Numbered from the whole stretch's first letter, positions 39,056-52,951 are shown. The stretch is 63,941 nt of DNA, filler included, from Rhabdomonas costata (GCA_019059605.1; 51 parts of 51 records of this genome joined end to end with filler, not necessarily neighbours in it); one strand, 5' to 3'. Notes: generated by a model not told the origin, from the sequence alone. Translations and numbers: made by a program.

Positions 39056-40274
39056 GATGTGGGAAGGACAGAAAGCAAAGCCAACGAAGAAAGACCGCTC
39101 CTCCTGAAATCATCAGCAAGGTGCAAGTCTGCACTGCACACTCCGTGTGTGATGAATGAAGAATATTCTCCTCTGAAAATGTCCATGGTGTGCTGTTGCG
39201 GATGGGTGTGCCTACCAGCCCTCTATGATTTGCCTTTTCCCAAATCAAGATGAAGCCTGAACACACGCGCCTAGGTAGTGCATAAATACATAAATGTGCT
39301 GATGCAAGCCCCTGCCCTGCCCGAAGGAGCAGCAACGCAAGGCACAAAATTGCATGAACTACAGAGGTCAAGCGTGGACGCAAACGATCCAGAAAATCCC
39401 AAAAGATCATCGTATAACAAGTAACCTCCAGAGGCCATTCGGATACGTCAATAGATCACCATGGAGAGGTGTCTTCAGTCATGGCGAGCCGGTCAACTCA
39501 ACTCCGAAGTAAAGATTTCACCTATGCTGTGATAAATTCTCCGTGTTCAGTGTCATTAAAATGCATTCCAACAGGCCTAGCCCCCTCCCCCCCAAAGTAG
39601 GTCTCGCAAAAACAAGCCAGGATTATGGACGGGTTGGTTGTTGCCACCCATTCTCAGCAGTATCGGTTGGTGTTCAAATCCTCTCGAATGAGAACTGCGA
39701 AGAGCGAGACAGCCCAGAGAGCCCAGAATGCTGAAGCACCTTCAGAATTTAACCATGTCACTGACCAACAGGATCAGGGTGCCATCATTGTTTGTTGTCA
39801 CCACCCCCCAGTCAAAGGTCAAACAAAATAATAGCTTAGAATATTATCAAAGAGCACACCCCACCGGGAATGACCGCGAGAGACGGTCCCTCGGGGAGAA
39901 AATCGGGCAAAATGTATAACTCATTCGAGCGCACAGCACGCAATCGCACACAAATACATAAAATGGCGGAAAGGCGAACTTGGAGCCACTCATATTGCTC
40001 ACCCAAAATGAAACAAAGGGCAACGAGAAAAATAATTAGAAGAGAGTAATATGTATACGGCAGTGCAAAGACGACCACAAAAAANNNNNNNNNNNNNNNN
40101 NNNNNNNNNNNNNNNNNNNNNNNNNNNNTTAATTAATTAANNNNNNNNNNNNNNNNNNNNNNNNNNNNNNNNNNNNNNNNNNNNGGTGTGGCCAGAAACC
40201 GCGGTTCTCGAAAAGTTGGAAAGGATAAAAAACCTTTTTGGGGTTTGAGGGTTTTGTCTATTGCTGGGCCCGAC

Positions 40275-41013
40275 TTTGCCGGACGAGTGGGACAAGTCAC
40301 AGCCGAATCGGCTGAGAAAATTGTCCTGAAGACCTGTAAAAAGACTCTTTGAGAATAGCATAGTGGCACTAAAAAGACACCTTCCTCTCATCCCGAGGTC
40401 AAGAACATTCCTGCTGTGTGGATGTGCGTACGGAAAAGCAGTTTATGGCAGCGGCGCATGCACGGGACGCACCAAGGACGAGGTAGAGAACTGTGCGGGA
40501 TACGAAGGAATGCTGCTCCTCGCTGTCGTATTCCTCCACGTACTTCTCCGGGGGAGGGAGTAAGGCCTGGAAAAGCACAACTCATTCCCAGCGTGCTCCA
40601 GGGAAAAAAAAGCAGCAAAACCAGAGCGTTTGAAGAAAGGTTCTAAATTGCCGTGCTCCAACCAACAAAACAGGTGGAATAGGATAGTGGACAGATGGTA
40701 TCCCTGATCTCTATTCTTTCGCAATTCGGCTGCCTTAGGTGACACCTATTGATATTGGAACAAAGCCTGATTCCTGAAACAAAAACTTGTCCCCTGAAAG
40801 CTGTACACGTTTGGCCATAACAAAGATGTGACAGCAAAGATGTAATGTGGGCAGCCAGAGAAAGAGAGAGAGAGGGACCAGCTGCTCCTCTGGGATGACG
40901 TTCGAAGGCACTTGAGGAGCTTCCCCACCACTCACCCGCTGCATCAGGTTGGCCCAGAAAGACACTTTTGGGGCCCTTGCCGACGGCTGCATCCTTCTCC
41001 GCGGTGCCGACAT
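40275..41013 (-). CDS. Hypothetical protein, first three exons (41013-40879, 40566-40473, 40333-~40275)
   Basis: In-phase GT-AG joins give MSAPRRR...EEQL|ALLPPPEKYVEEYDSEEQHSFVSRTVLYLVL|GLQDNFLSRFGCDL. Confidence 0.55.
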
Positions 41014-41597
41014 CGCGTGGTGGCGCTCAGAGAGATGTCGGCCGGGAAAAAGTCGAAGATCGAAAAGAAAGGGAGGAAAAGTATGAAAAGAAAGTCCGCT
41101 TGAAAGGGAATGACGTAGCCCACAGGGGGGTTGGTGACATTCTCTGAGGAACACAAATCTTGCTCGGAATCGTCCAGTTCTCTCGTTCTCTACTTTACTC
41201 GTCCAATCAGCCATCTTTGCCATGAGACTCAACGCAACACTTAGCACACAGGCCCACATCACCCCTTCATCCCTTTCTTCCCGTGTAAATCTGTTGCCTT
41301 TGTTGCCTTCACCCCCTTTTAAACCACACCACACCCAACANNNNNNNNNNNNNNNNNNNNNNNNNNNNNNNNNNNNNNNNNNNNTTAATTAATTAANNNN
41401 NNNNNNNNNNNNNNNNNNNNNNNNNNNNNNNNNNNNNNNNGGTGGGTTGGGTAAAAACCTTGCATTGGGCCTTATCGAAAACACCAACCGTTTTCCCGTC
41501 AGGACGGGTACCCATTCTTGTCCTCCCACTCAGTTTCTATACTGCCCTCACCGCTTTTTCACGTTTTGTGCAACTTTTCCGCTGCACCCCCACCCCG

Positions 41598-41877
41598 ATG
41601 GTGACGGTTTACTGTTTCGGGACAATTTTGGTACGCTGCTTTGTTGCTGTGGCTTTTGCAATGTGGGTGGCGGAGGGCTTGCCCGGAGGCGGCACCAGCC
41701 TGCACATCTCCTCCACTGCCCCGGTTGCCATTCTCCCGGAGTTCACCGGCCTGGCCAACAGCAGCACCTTCACCGTAGAATTTTGGTACAATGTTCGCCT
41801 TCTTGGGTGGGCTGCGCATCCCGTGGAGATGGTGACCGAAGACAACACGGAGCTCTTCAGTATTATGGTCTCTGAAG
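41598..41877 (+). CDS. Secreted or surface protein with LamG/concanavalin-like domain, first exon
   Basis: Signal-peptide-like N-terminus, then GGGTSL...SSTFTVEFW; AG|GT donor. Confidence 0.55.
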
Positions 41878-44527
41878 GTTTCACAGTCTGCTCTGACCCG
41901 TTGTCCCCTGCTTTTGATGGTGGGGTGATTTACCGCAGACTCAACGTTAATACAAAACCTCAACAAATGGCAATTTAGGAAAGCGTCATGTGCGGCAGGT
42001 CACACGGTCCACACTCAAGAATATTGATGTTGCAAAGAAAAAGACTCAAACGTGCCAGAACGAACGCCGAAACGCCCATAAAAAGCAATAACCACAGTGA
42101 AACGTAATAGGGTGGAAGTGGAGACTTGGCAAAGGCGACGAGGGATTGCAGCAGGTGGAAGGTGGTTCGGTCCAAGGTCCCAGCCTCGTTTACCTTCTCA
42201 ATGAGGAGACGCGGCTGCCCCCGCCTCCCTCTTCCTCCCCGTGTGGTGGTTGGAGAATAATGTGGTTTGCTTTGTCGTCTTGTTCGCGTTCCAACGCTTT
42301 CCAAGGTGCTTTAAGTTACAGGTTGTTTTCTTTCCACTCACCCCTCGAACCCCCGAAGCAAAGGCTGTGTCACCGTTCGGGCAACGAAGTGAAGGAAATG
42401 ACAGAGAGTCTCCGTGGGTGGCAAAGCTCACCTGCCCCTTTTGGAACAAAGCTGCGGTGGTGCTGCTCCACGCTTACACTGTCTTCACAACGATGGGGCA
42501 AAATCCCACCCAACCGCTCGGCACACCTCGGCTCACTTTTCTTTCCTTTTTTCTTTGACAGGCCTCTCAATTGCGTTCCCTGACGTACCCACAACCNNNN
42601 NNNNNNNNNNNNNNNNNNNNNNNNNNNNNNNNNNNNNNNNTTAATTAATTAANNNNNNNNNNNNNNNNNNNNNNNNNNNNNNNNNNNNNNNNNNNNTTCT
42701 TCTCATGCACCTTTGCTTTTCATTTCCAAGTTTTTACATACTCTTCTCCCCTCCCTCAATCCCGTATTTTCCTAATTCCGAAGTGAACGTGAAACCTGTG
42801 TGTTTGTGTTTTTGGTTTCCTTCTAACGCTTTTGTTTTGGAATTAGGGAAGAGAGGACTTTAAACTAAATTCCTACCGAAATTAGTGGAGTATTTTGTAA
42901 AGTAAGTAAGTATCAGTAAACCGGGCCCTGAGCCCAGTACGAGGTTCGGGAGACCGAGCCCTCTCAGTACCATTGGGGCACCACCAAATCACCCTTTCAC
43001 CACCATTTTCATGCCATCCTTATTCGCGTCCAAAGTCCCTTCGTGCCCCCTCGGGGTTTTTTGGATGGGCCATTGTAAAACTCATCAACTAAGCGTAAAA
43101 ACATGCCCTAGAGATGGAATTAAACATGAAGAGACCATTCTACGCAAAAATAAAACGCAAGATATCATTTCATAGGACCATCGTATGTAATCCTTTCTGC
43201 TATACTTTGATTAGCTACTGTCCATAGAGTTCTAATATCTACAAAATGTGTGAAAGATTATTATCCGCTCCGGAGTATGCTGCTTAAAAAACGCTTTGGT
43301 TTTATGCACACACATGTTCTCAAGTACCGTTAACTTCAGATTTACTACTTTTATATAAACTCTCAATTCATATCATTCATTAGAACAAATTTTTCCCAAC
43401 ACTAAAACAAAAGCAGTCATTTGCGCATTTTATCAGTGCAAATGAAACGATAATTTTTGTCGTTTCCACTGGCACGTGTATACTATAGGCATCACTTTTG
43501 CAGTGACCCTTTTTCTAGGGGACCCGGGCAAGCCTTCCTAACCCCCTGCAAGGCGAAATATCTTTTCCTATTGGACACAGCCAAGGCTTCCCAATTCCCT
43601 GCGAGAGAAATAAAAGCACACACCACTGGAAATGCCCGTCACGAATGTGCTCCATAAAAGTGAGGAAAGGGTCCTTTCCACACAAGTTGGCTCACCACTG
43701 GAATTCCTTTACATATCCAGGCAAGTGTCCGTCAGGAACACCCCCTTCGCCATGATCCAGTTCTTCAGTCTGCCCCTGGTTCCATCAATTCCATTGGTTG
43801 GCCCAGCATGTGCTCCGCACGAATCCCAGCACAGTCATGAGCCCACCCACCCNNNNNNNNNNNNNNNNNNNNNNNNNNNNNNNNNNNNNNNNNNNNTTAA
43901 TTAATTAANNNNNNNNNNNNNNNNNNNNNNNNNNNNNNNNNNNNNNNNNNNNTTTTGGGTGGGCCCTAAATGGGGTTGCTCGTTTGCCCCCCTTCCAAAT
44001 TCATTTAGCGAGTGTCTTGGTGGACTATAAATACAGAGGGATAAGTGTTTTTGGATGTTTTTTTGGATGAAAAATGTGTAAGAAGGCTGAAGCCTGAAAG
44101 ATGGTTTTTTTGAAGAGATGTGATGGGGGGTCGTGTTGGCGCCCTTGGATAGGGCGGCTCTTAATGACCTGCAAGCTCGTTTCTCTCTCGTGTTGTTGTT
44201 GTTTTTTTGCAAATATCCCGTCAGTCGTGCACAGCTAAATACTGTTCTTTTTGTACAACGGAAACGGTACTCATCGTCACTGTGGCTTGTCCGTGTCGTG
44301 CGCGCTTGTGTAGCCAGACCTTTCTTATCTTTCATTGTAACATCGCTCTTGAACAGCCTCAAGAATTCTCTATTCGAATTCCAGGGAAATGGCACCTGCC
44401 CGATCCATCTCCACCCCACCTCAGGGTTTACCATATTCACCATAAAGCATCATCGAGGCTCTCACTTGTTGTGCGGGCTTCCCTGCGTGGCATGTGTGGT
44501 AGTCTTCCACGCTGCTCATCTTTTCAG

Positions 44528-45068
44528 CACATCTACATGATGACCTTCGCGGGAGCCCAGGTTCCGATTCCCATCGAGCGCACTGAGACCACAGCGTATC
44601 TAGTGCGATTCAGCACCCTCTCAGCAACGCCTTCGTCTTTTCTGCATATTTTCGTCCTGGCACTGGAATGGGTCGAACCGATTGAATTCATTGGATTCCT
44701 GACGTTGTCAAAGTCACCTGGTGGTGTTTTGCTCAGCCAAAATCGGTTTTATTCTGCAGTAATCATTTTCTGCAAAAAAAAAAAAAACATCGCAGTGGCC
44801 CCGCACCCCAATTGCGTTCACCTATTACTGACCCATTTATTTCCTCTGGCTGAGTGCAGAGCTTTCACTTCAGTTCTGCATGCCCAAATGTGTTCCTTTT
44901 TCTGTCCAGGAGCGGATTCTCGCGCAGTTCATAACCGGAGCCGCTGCCGGCCCAGTGTTCCCGATGTCCTACGTCTGCCGCCTGCACCAGAAGCGCCGCT
45001 GCGGCTATGCGGAGCAGTGCGGCCACGTGCACATCTGCCGGGAGTTCTGGGGGCGGGCAGCGGCTCCG
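44528..45068 (+). CDS. CCCH zinc-finger protein fragment (exons 44528-44602, 44910-~45068)
   Basis: VCRLHQKRRCGYAEQCGHVH = C-x7-C-x5-C-x3-H, preceded by IPIERTETTAYL. Confidence 0.75.
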
Positions 45069-45516
45069 GTTATGAACTGCGCGAGAATCCGCTCCTGGAC
45101 AAAAAACCNNNNNNNNNNNNNNNNNNNNNNNNNNNNNNNNNNNNNNNNNNNNTTAATTAATTAANNNNNNNNNNNNNNNNNNNNNNNNNNNNNNNNNNNN
45201 NNNNNNNNTACAAGCGGGTTTGAGCGTGCTTCTGTGGTGCATGGTGTCGAGTGTTGGGTGCAGTGGGGTGCGCAACGAGAACCGCTTAAGTTTAGGTCTT
45301 AGAGGTAGAATTCGGTCAAAACAGGCTGACAGCAGTAAGACGGACACAACGGGAAAAGGAGAGGTCACCACGCACATGAAGAGACCCATGCGCAGGGACT
45401 AGGGCGTTTGAATTGGATAGGCGACAGCACAGGTACAGAACATTGAAATCGCACACAAAACAACAGATACTGCCATTTGGACGAGAAGCTATTTGTCCTC
45501 CTTCCACGGTTACAGC

Positions 45517-46057
45517 ACCTTCGTTGGGTTTTCTCGAAGGAGGACCCCGGAGAAGGCCCCCTCGCCTGCGGTGACGGTGGCTCCGAAGGTGTGGACGTCC
45601 TGGGGAAGGTACACCCACCGCGTGGGGCACGCCCAGAGCAGAGGGTGGATCCAATTCCCCACAAACCTGCGAACACGTGCCGAAAAATGCGAGATGGCCG
45701 TGACGGAAAGAGTCCTTGGGCAAATTACAATTTGTTGAAATCGGACTGAAGATATGTGCCCACAAAGCCCGAACAGTGTTGGAATTGAACTTCCCCATTT
45801 GGGGCACGATGTGACCTGGTCTGCATTGGTGGACATGACTGCAGTAACCCGCTGTGCAGTATTTGTATGTGTGTGGGTGTGCGCGCGCGTCCGTACGTGC
45901 GTACGAGAGTGGATTGCGGATAAGCTGAAAAGAGGGACCTGGTGGCCGGAGCGATGAGCTCGTCCCTCAGCTGCTGCAGGTCTCGCAGAACACGTTCCCG
46001 CTGTTCACGAGGAAGCCGATCGGGGTCGTACGCTTTGTCCCCTGCAGCGCCACTCAC
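45517..46057 (-). CDS. Hypothetical protein exons (boundaries approximate)
   Basis: GC3-rich blocks DKAYDPDRLPREQRERVLRDLQQLRDELI and PLLWACPTRWVYLPQDVHTFG with donor sites. Confidence 0.35.
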
Positions 46058-48013
46058 AGAAAGTTCCAGGCGAACGGGAGAGCGAAGGGAGTATGGAATG
46101 ATTTTTTTTTTAGATTGGAGGAGCACTGAGGGGACAGGACAGGTCAACTTGGATGAGACGGACCCTTCATGAGTCAAATCATAATATGCTTTCGTCCACC
46201 ACAGTGCAAGATTTAATCCTTTAATCCTACGATGTCTCCTCCAAATCACGGTGAAACAACACACGAGCGCTTCCCTGAATATCACCAACCACAATCAATC
46301 CGGTATTCGTGACCACCCACAATCACGGCACCACGCAGCTTAACCTCAGCCTCTCTTCCCCCAANNNNNNNNNNNNNNNNNNNNNNNNNNNNNNNNNNNN
46401 NNNNNNNNTTAATTAATTAANNNNNNNNNNNNNNNNNNNNNNNNNNNNNNNNNNNNNNNNNNNNGGGGTTGGGGTTGAGGTTGGTGGGGCTGGTGGCGAT
46501 CTTGCTGGGAGGGTGCAGGTTAATGGGTAGTGCGGTGTTAGGTTCATGGGTTCTGTTTCGGTCTCTGCGCCGTTCGTTTCGGGTTTCTGCCACCGAGTTC
46601 GGCGGAATACCTCCAGGACGCACTGCCCCAGGATCTCCATGTCGACTTGCCGTTCCCCAGTCTACCGTTCCGGCGCTTTTGTTCCAATGACCCTGAACCC
46701 CAAGAATTTGTGGTCAGTTTTCCGCCGCCGTCGGATTAAGCACCTAAACGGTGGATATTTGGTTCCCCAGCCGTGCCCACGTAACCAAAAAAACCGGAAG
46801 TTTCATTTATGCACCGGAAAAGCCGGGAAATTAGCATCAACGTGGGTCTACGGCTTTGTCGGCCCACCCTTCTGCCCGACCACTTCCCTGTCCCGGTGGG
46901 TTCACAGGACAGCGGGTTCACCCGCTTCCCAAACGCCTGAGACGGCGTTGGGCGCAGCCGGGGCACATATTGGGTTAAACAAAGTACCTGGCTTTGATTA
47001 CATTAAAGTCCTTACGCGGCGCCGGGCGGGGTCCTTTGCGACTTGGCTTTCTCCCCCTTCTGGTATGGCGGGCCATGATGGTGCGAGGGTGCGGGCGCTT
47101 AACTCCAAAACCCAACCCTCTCGGCAAATTGCCTGCGTGTAAGCCGCCCTTCTGCGTGGAGGGTGTGCTTTCGACTGCCTGATGCCTTTGCTTTACTTTG
47201 GCTTCGTCCCTTCTAACAAACCCCTTCTGTGGGTGTGGATGTGTCCTTTGGCCTTTCACAGCTTTCCCCTATTTCCGTTTTGTGTGAGAGCCAAGGCGAG
47301 CACAGCAACAGCCAAACAGTACGAATCAAGGCAGGTCTAGCCAAACACCGCACGAACTACGATACACAGCTCCACCGCCCAAACCTTCACAAAACCTCTT
47401 GCGCGGCACCCTACAAACTCAACCGCAACAACCAAACCCCCAAAAAAATGCAAAAAGAAAGATTTTAAACACACCACACTTCAACCATTGCGTTACGCAA
47501 TTATCAACTTCCTACTTCAACGCGTCGGGTCAAAAAGCCACAAAACACATCCAAAGCCCGTTTTGATCCTTCAACTTGATTCAATTCAAAGTAATCTTCT
47601 TAAAATCCCTACCACCACCCNNNNNNNNNNNNNNNNNNNNNNNNNNNNNNNNNNNNNNNNNNNNTTAATTAATTAANNNNNNNNNNNNNNNNNNNNNNNN
47701 NNNNNNNNNNNNNNNNNNNNGGTTTTTAAAGGCGGGCGTGTTTTGAGAAGCCTGAAAAGGACCTGCTTGGCGGGGTCCCAGGCCTGGGACTCAGGCATTC
47801 CCCACAGCGCCACTGCCAGGATGCAGGCGCCAATTGCTGTGGAGCGGGGAGGGACGGAAGAGCAGCCGTTCAAAGGAGGCAAAATATTTTCTGTAATGAC
47901 AACATCGTAAAAAAAATTAAAGAATTAAAAAGAATTAAAATTAAAATTAGCCGTGCGCTGGAAGGAAGGCCGCAGCTTGAGCTGATGGCCCCCTCGGAGA
48001 TTGCCTCCCGCAG

Positions 48014-48313
48014 TTGACCCCAGCGCGCCTCGTGCTTTGCTTGGACCTCTGCGTGATCACCCCCGCTGCGGCTCATGCCCACGGGGGGCTTCCTGATGAG
48101 TTCACCGTGACTGCGCTGGAGCTGGCCTGCCCGGGCTGCAGCTTTGGTGCGGTACTGCTGAGCTACGGCCTTCAGGGAGGGAGGGAGGTCAAGCTGCCTT
48201 CCTCCGCTGGAGCTGAGGCTGGGGCGACGGGTCAACCTCAGCGCTGGGAAGGCCGGGTGGGCTTCCGCTGGGAAGAGAATCAGCCTCTGATTCTTCTTCA
48301 GCCCCTTCCAGAG
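48014..48313 (+). CDS. Hypothetical protein exon
   Basis: GC3-rich open block bounded by CAG and AG|GT; the antisense frame is also open. Confidence 0.4.
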
Positions 48314-48984
48314 GTGTGCATGGGAATCCATGGGGATCCTTCCTGCTCAATTTCTGGAGCTGGTTCCACAAAAAAGAACAGCCGGCGGGATAATTTATCT
48401 TGTGCGGGTCATTGCACTGCACTATTGCACGGAATCTCTCACTTCGAGTTCTTTCCGCATAATCCTTCTACTTCTTCTACTTCTTTTGCTGCTTCGCATC
48501 TGTCTGTGGGTGTTTTATAACTTCCACCCGCGTATTTTTTATGGCATACCCCATCCTGGGGGACCCATATTATTACCCTGAGCACACCAACGAACTATAG
48601 CACGTTACACCGTGAACTCAGAAAATGTGCTTTTCCCGTAACGAAACGTGGTGTTGTGTAGGGTTTAGATACGAAGATAACGGGAAAATGTCCGTGTGTG
48701 TGTGTGTGTGTCTGTGTGTAGACTTTTTTTTTGCGCTTTTTTTTTGCGCGACGTAGTCGGCGTTTCAAGCCTCCGTAGGGCCTTCAAGCCCCAGGTTTGT
48801 GGCGGTGGGCTATCCGATGGAAAAATTCCGGGGCAAAAACTCGACAATTTTAATTTTTCGAACCTAACACCCCCCCNNNNNNNNNNNNNNNNNNNNNNNN
48901 NNNNNNNNNNNNNNNNNNNNTTAATTAATTAANNNNNNNNNNNNNNNNNNNNNNNNNNNNNNNNNNNNNNNNNNNNGGTTTTGG

Positions 48985-49519
48985 GTGGTAGCAGCACAGG
49001 CACGACCTGCTGCACATCCCATTCGGAAGCATCATAAAAGTGTGGCTGTTGGGATCGAAGACTTCGCAGCAGGAGAGTGCACTGCAATCGTCAGCGACCC
49101 CTCCAAAGATGTATGTTTCTCCACAACTGAGAGCAGCACGCGCTCACGGCAAATCCCATTGGCAAGCATCGTAAAAGTGTTACTGATCGGATCGAAGGCT
49201 TCGCAACTGGAAGGCGTTGTATGCTCGGGGCTCCCGCCACCAAGTATGTAAATTTTCCCACCAGATCACCAGATGAGACAGCACAGGGATCGAAGACTTC
49301 ACAGCTGGACAGGAAAGTATGGTCGGCAGCACCACCACCAAATTTTCCCACCGTGGGCTGCATCACAGGCACCATAACGCTTGCTGTCCATCGCTTGGGT
49401 AGCAAGCTGAAAGTGTTGCTCCTGGAATCGAAGACTTCGCAGCTGGAAAATGCAGCACTCCCACTCCCGTGAGAGGTCCCACCGAACATATAAACTGTGC
49501 CGCCATGGGTGACAGCACA
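48985..49519 (-). pseudogene. Kelch-repeat pseudogene (four repeats, frameshifts and deletions)
   Basis: VYMFGG..SSCEVFD / KIYILGG..SSCEAFDP / YIFGG..CCEVFDP spread across several frames; no introns. Confidence 0.85.
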
Positions 49520-51140
49520 CAGTTAGGTGCGTCTGTTGTGCACTTCGGCAGGAAGGCTGAAAAAGGTCATTTTGCTGTCAGATTGTCGCGGCTGATGTCA
49601 GAGGGAAAAAATACAGAAGAACATGCAGAAGAGCATAACTGGGGGGGGGAGAAAACAGATCAAAAACAACACTTGTAGCTTCGGTGGCCAAGATCGCAGA
49701 GTAGTAGTAAGGAACAGGCTGCTCACATGAGCGTTACCTGAAACCTTGTAAATACCAAACCATGTCATATATTCCAACCTTTACATACCAGCCCAGACCG
49801 AAAACTGAGGCCGCTTCACTCACCCACACATGCATCACGTTTTCCGGACCCCAATCCGGAATAAAATCTTTAAGGATAGCAGGAAAACGCTGCGTCAGGG
49901 TGGAACTCTCTCTTTCTCTTTCGCGATCTGCATATGCAGTCTTACGAAGAATATCAAAAACAAACACGTCAAGAAGTATTGCCCCTACCCCAGCCCTACC
50001 ACACCCACGGAGGAACGCACAGCTCTCTCCTGCTCGCACTTGCCGAAATGTGATCGAAAGGAACTCCAAAAAAGCCATATCGATAAATATCCGCACGTTC
50101 CATTCAAGATACATCAATGCCTCACACCAAAANNNNNNNNNNNNNNNNNNNNNNNNNNNNNNNNNNNNNNNNNNNNTTAATTAATTAANNNNNNNNNNNN
50201 NNNNNNNNNNNNNNNNNNNNNNNNNNNNNNNNGGGGTGGGGTGTGGCAAAAGGCATGAGCGAGATTCTTGTGGAGACGACGAAGCTGGACCGGAAGCAGA
50301 AGGAGTGCGTGGAAGCCATTTACAGCAATGGGTTGTCCATGCTGGCGCTGGTAAACGACATCCTGGGTGCGGACGTGCGCGTTTTTCTACTTCTGTGTCC
50401 GCTTTGAACAGAGCCTTTCTTGAGCCTTGCCCAAGTCTGCTTTCCACAGAGTGGTTTCTGCTTGTTTTCACTGAAAGACGTTCCTTGTTTTGGGGGCTGT
50501 GCTGTGTAAACCTGTGCTGTGTTAGGATTGAAACGCAACCACTGCAAAAACCAAACAGGGATGATTTGCAGGTCAAGGGCCACTAGATTGGCTGGATATG
50601 TGAGCAAAGCTAGTTGCTAATAAACCCGCTCTGAACGATGTGTGACAAGCTCGAGTTTTGTTTTGCACCCACACACACATACACGCACACAAGATAAGCG
50701 CGCAGATGTGCCACAATGGGGGGGGGGGTAGAAACCTGCCTAAACCAAAATCCGGACACTCAGGGAAGCGGAGGTAGGAAGGAAATCTGCCTGCCTACAT
50801 ACACAGGCGCGAATTCCTCGAATGTTGTGCAACATTTGGTGAAGGTTGGGCCCTGCTCATCGATCACGAGCGACAAATGGAATAATAGGAGGACTGAGCG
50901 GAAGCGAGGGGGCTCCCCCGCATTTATTTCAAAAAAAATGAAAACTTTTACTACATGTTGAGTTACCAGAATTCCCTCTTCTCAGGAGTGTTTTATCTTT
51001 TGGCCCAGGTCTTAAGGCTGAGCGAGAGGAGATGGAGAGGCGCTGCTCTGCCCATGCTGGCAACGTCTTGGGTTCAATTCCAAAAAGCTTTCAATACAAG
51101 CGTGTATACACAGTGTGGGGCTTCGGAGGACAGTTATACA

Positions 51141-51221
51141 GGAAGCAATGGTTCAGTGGCGAGCGTAGGTGTGCGGTGCTACACAGTTGTGGGTTCAAAT
51201 CCCAGTACACACTTTTTTTTT
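51141..51221 (+). ncRNA. tRNA-derived Pol III element (SINE head or pseudo-tRNA)
   Basis: A box TGGTTCAGTGG (51149), B box GGTTCAAATCC (51192) in a TGGG/CCCA stem, T9 tract; no acceptor stem. Confidence 0.5.
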
Positions 51222-52045
51222 GCCACCTCTGGCAGTGGAAACTGATGGTACATTCCAGAAAACTTGGCCCCCACGATAACACAGTCCAAGCAGGTGGGTT
51301 GACACAGAGTCCCTTCCAAGCTCCTCGAGAGAGACAACACGCGAAAGAGTATTAGACCCGTGCACTGGATTGGGGAAGCCCCCCCACCNNNNNNNNNNNN
51401 NNNNNNNNNNNNNNNNNNNNNNNNNNNNNNNNTTAATTAATTAANNNNNNNNNNNNNNNNNNNNNNNNNNNNNNNNNNNNNNNNNNNNGAGCCTCCTCAA
51501 GATGGCACGCCTCGCGTGGTGGGGGAGGCGAGGTGGACACAGCCACCGACACAGCAGGGCCCACCTGTGGTTGGAAGAGCGCCCCACCTCACTCGTCCAC
51601 TGACTGGAGATGGCCACAACCCAAAGAACGGCACCAAACCAACAGGCTAACACTCAGCTTAACAAGTGAAAAATCACAAAAGGGTGGTCCATAACGGAGC
51701 TCAGCGAGGAACCAAAATCGGGGTAGTGCACTACAAATCCACACCCCGCTACGCCAGCTCGTGCATTCATGCGTTCCCTTAAGGGAAAGAATCTTTAAGC
51801 AACGGTAACAGTTTTCGTAATGCGGTCCTGGGGTGTGCAAAAAGCAAAATTCGAGAGTGGTGATAGATAGACAGTGTGCAAAGGTCGAACGAGTACACAC
51901 CCCGTTTAACGTGCCATGACACGACGGAGTTGAGATGTAAGCTGCTCCTAAGACTCTACGAGGAGCACTACCCCCAACCGGTCAGTCCAACTCGAGTTCT
52001 GAGGTGAATGTTAGGTCTCGGGAACGGTTTGATCATTGCAATAGG

Positions 52046-52644
52046 TCACCCAGAAAATAAGATGACATTCTCTGGGACAATACGTGGACGATAGGCAGTT
52101 AGGTCCAAAGGCCGAGTGAGGAGGTCAGGAAGGTTACGAAGAGGGCAAATCCATTCTTCACCTGACCGCACTGACAGGCTCTGAATCTGTCCCTTAGAGC
52201 TTAGAGCGGGAAAGCGAGAAAAGGAGGGAACCTCCTCTTTCACGGGAATCCATGCAGCACCCCGCTGTTCCGGGGAATGTGCGTCATCATACGAGATTTC
52301 ACACAGGTTCCTCCGCAAGGGTGGTTCCGAACGAGTGGCCACGAGAGGCTTTGGCGGCCCCTGGGCCAACTCCGGGGGTGCAGGCACCTTCTCCGGGGGT
52401 TCAGCTACCTTCTCCGGGGGTCCCAGTAACTTGTCCTCGGGAGGATGCATAAGCGAGGAGCTGTGCCCAAAAACCACCCCGCTGCTGGCGCCGCTGAGGT
52501 GGTGGGGCCCGTCATCCTTGGACAGAACAGGGATTGTCCAAAGCCGGCTGGAGGGCTTGACGATCTCATACAGCTCCGCTGTGAGTGCACGGAAAGACTC
52601 GTTGACACCTACACTCCTTCCGGCTTCCGGACGCACAACCCACC
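52046..52644 (-). CDS. Hypothetical protein exon with PPEK repeats
   Basis: Open frame of about 200 codons; PPEDK/PPEKV/PPEKV/PPEL repeats. Confidence 0.5.
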
Positions 52645-52900
52645 NNNNNNNNNNNNNNNNNNNNNNNNNNNNNNNNNNNNNNNNNNNNTTAATTAATTAA
52701 NNNNNNNNNNNNNNNNNNNNNNNNNNNNNNNNNNNNNNNNNNNNTATGCCCTATAGCTGACAGCTTTTGTTTGCGGCGTCTTTGCGACGTTCTGTCCCTC
52801 TCAGCTTCGTCTGCAGTAGAATCTTCTGCTTGCCCGTCCGTCTTTTTTGGGGCAGCTTTTGCGGCAGGCAAGTCTGAAGAAGATGCACAAGGGTGCATAC

Positions 52901-52951
52901 CTGCAGGGCCCGGGCTTCAAACAACCGTTTCCCCCTTTCAATATCAGCCAT
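52901..52951 (-). CDS. CYC1: Mitochondrial cytochrome c, first exon (euglenozoan single-Cys type)
   Basis: MADIERGKRLFEARALQ|GTATG closely parallels the Euglena cytochrome c N-terminus GDAERGKKLFESRAAQ(CH), recalled from memory. Confidence 0.8.
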
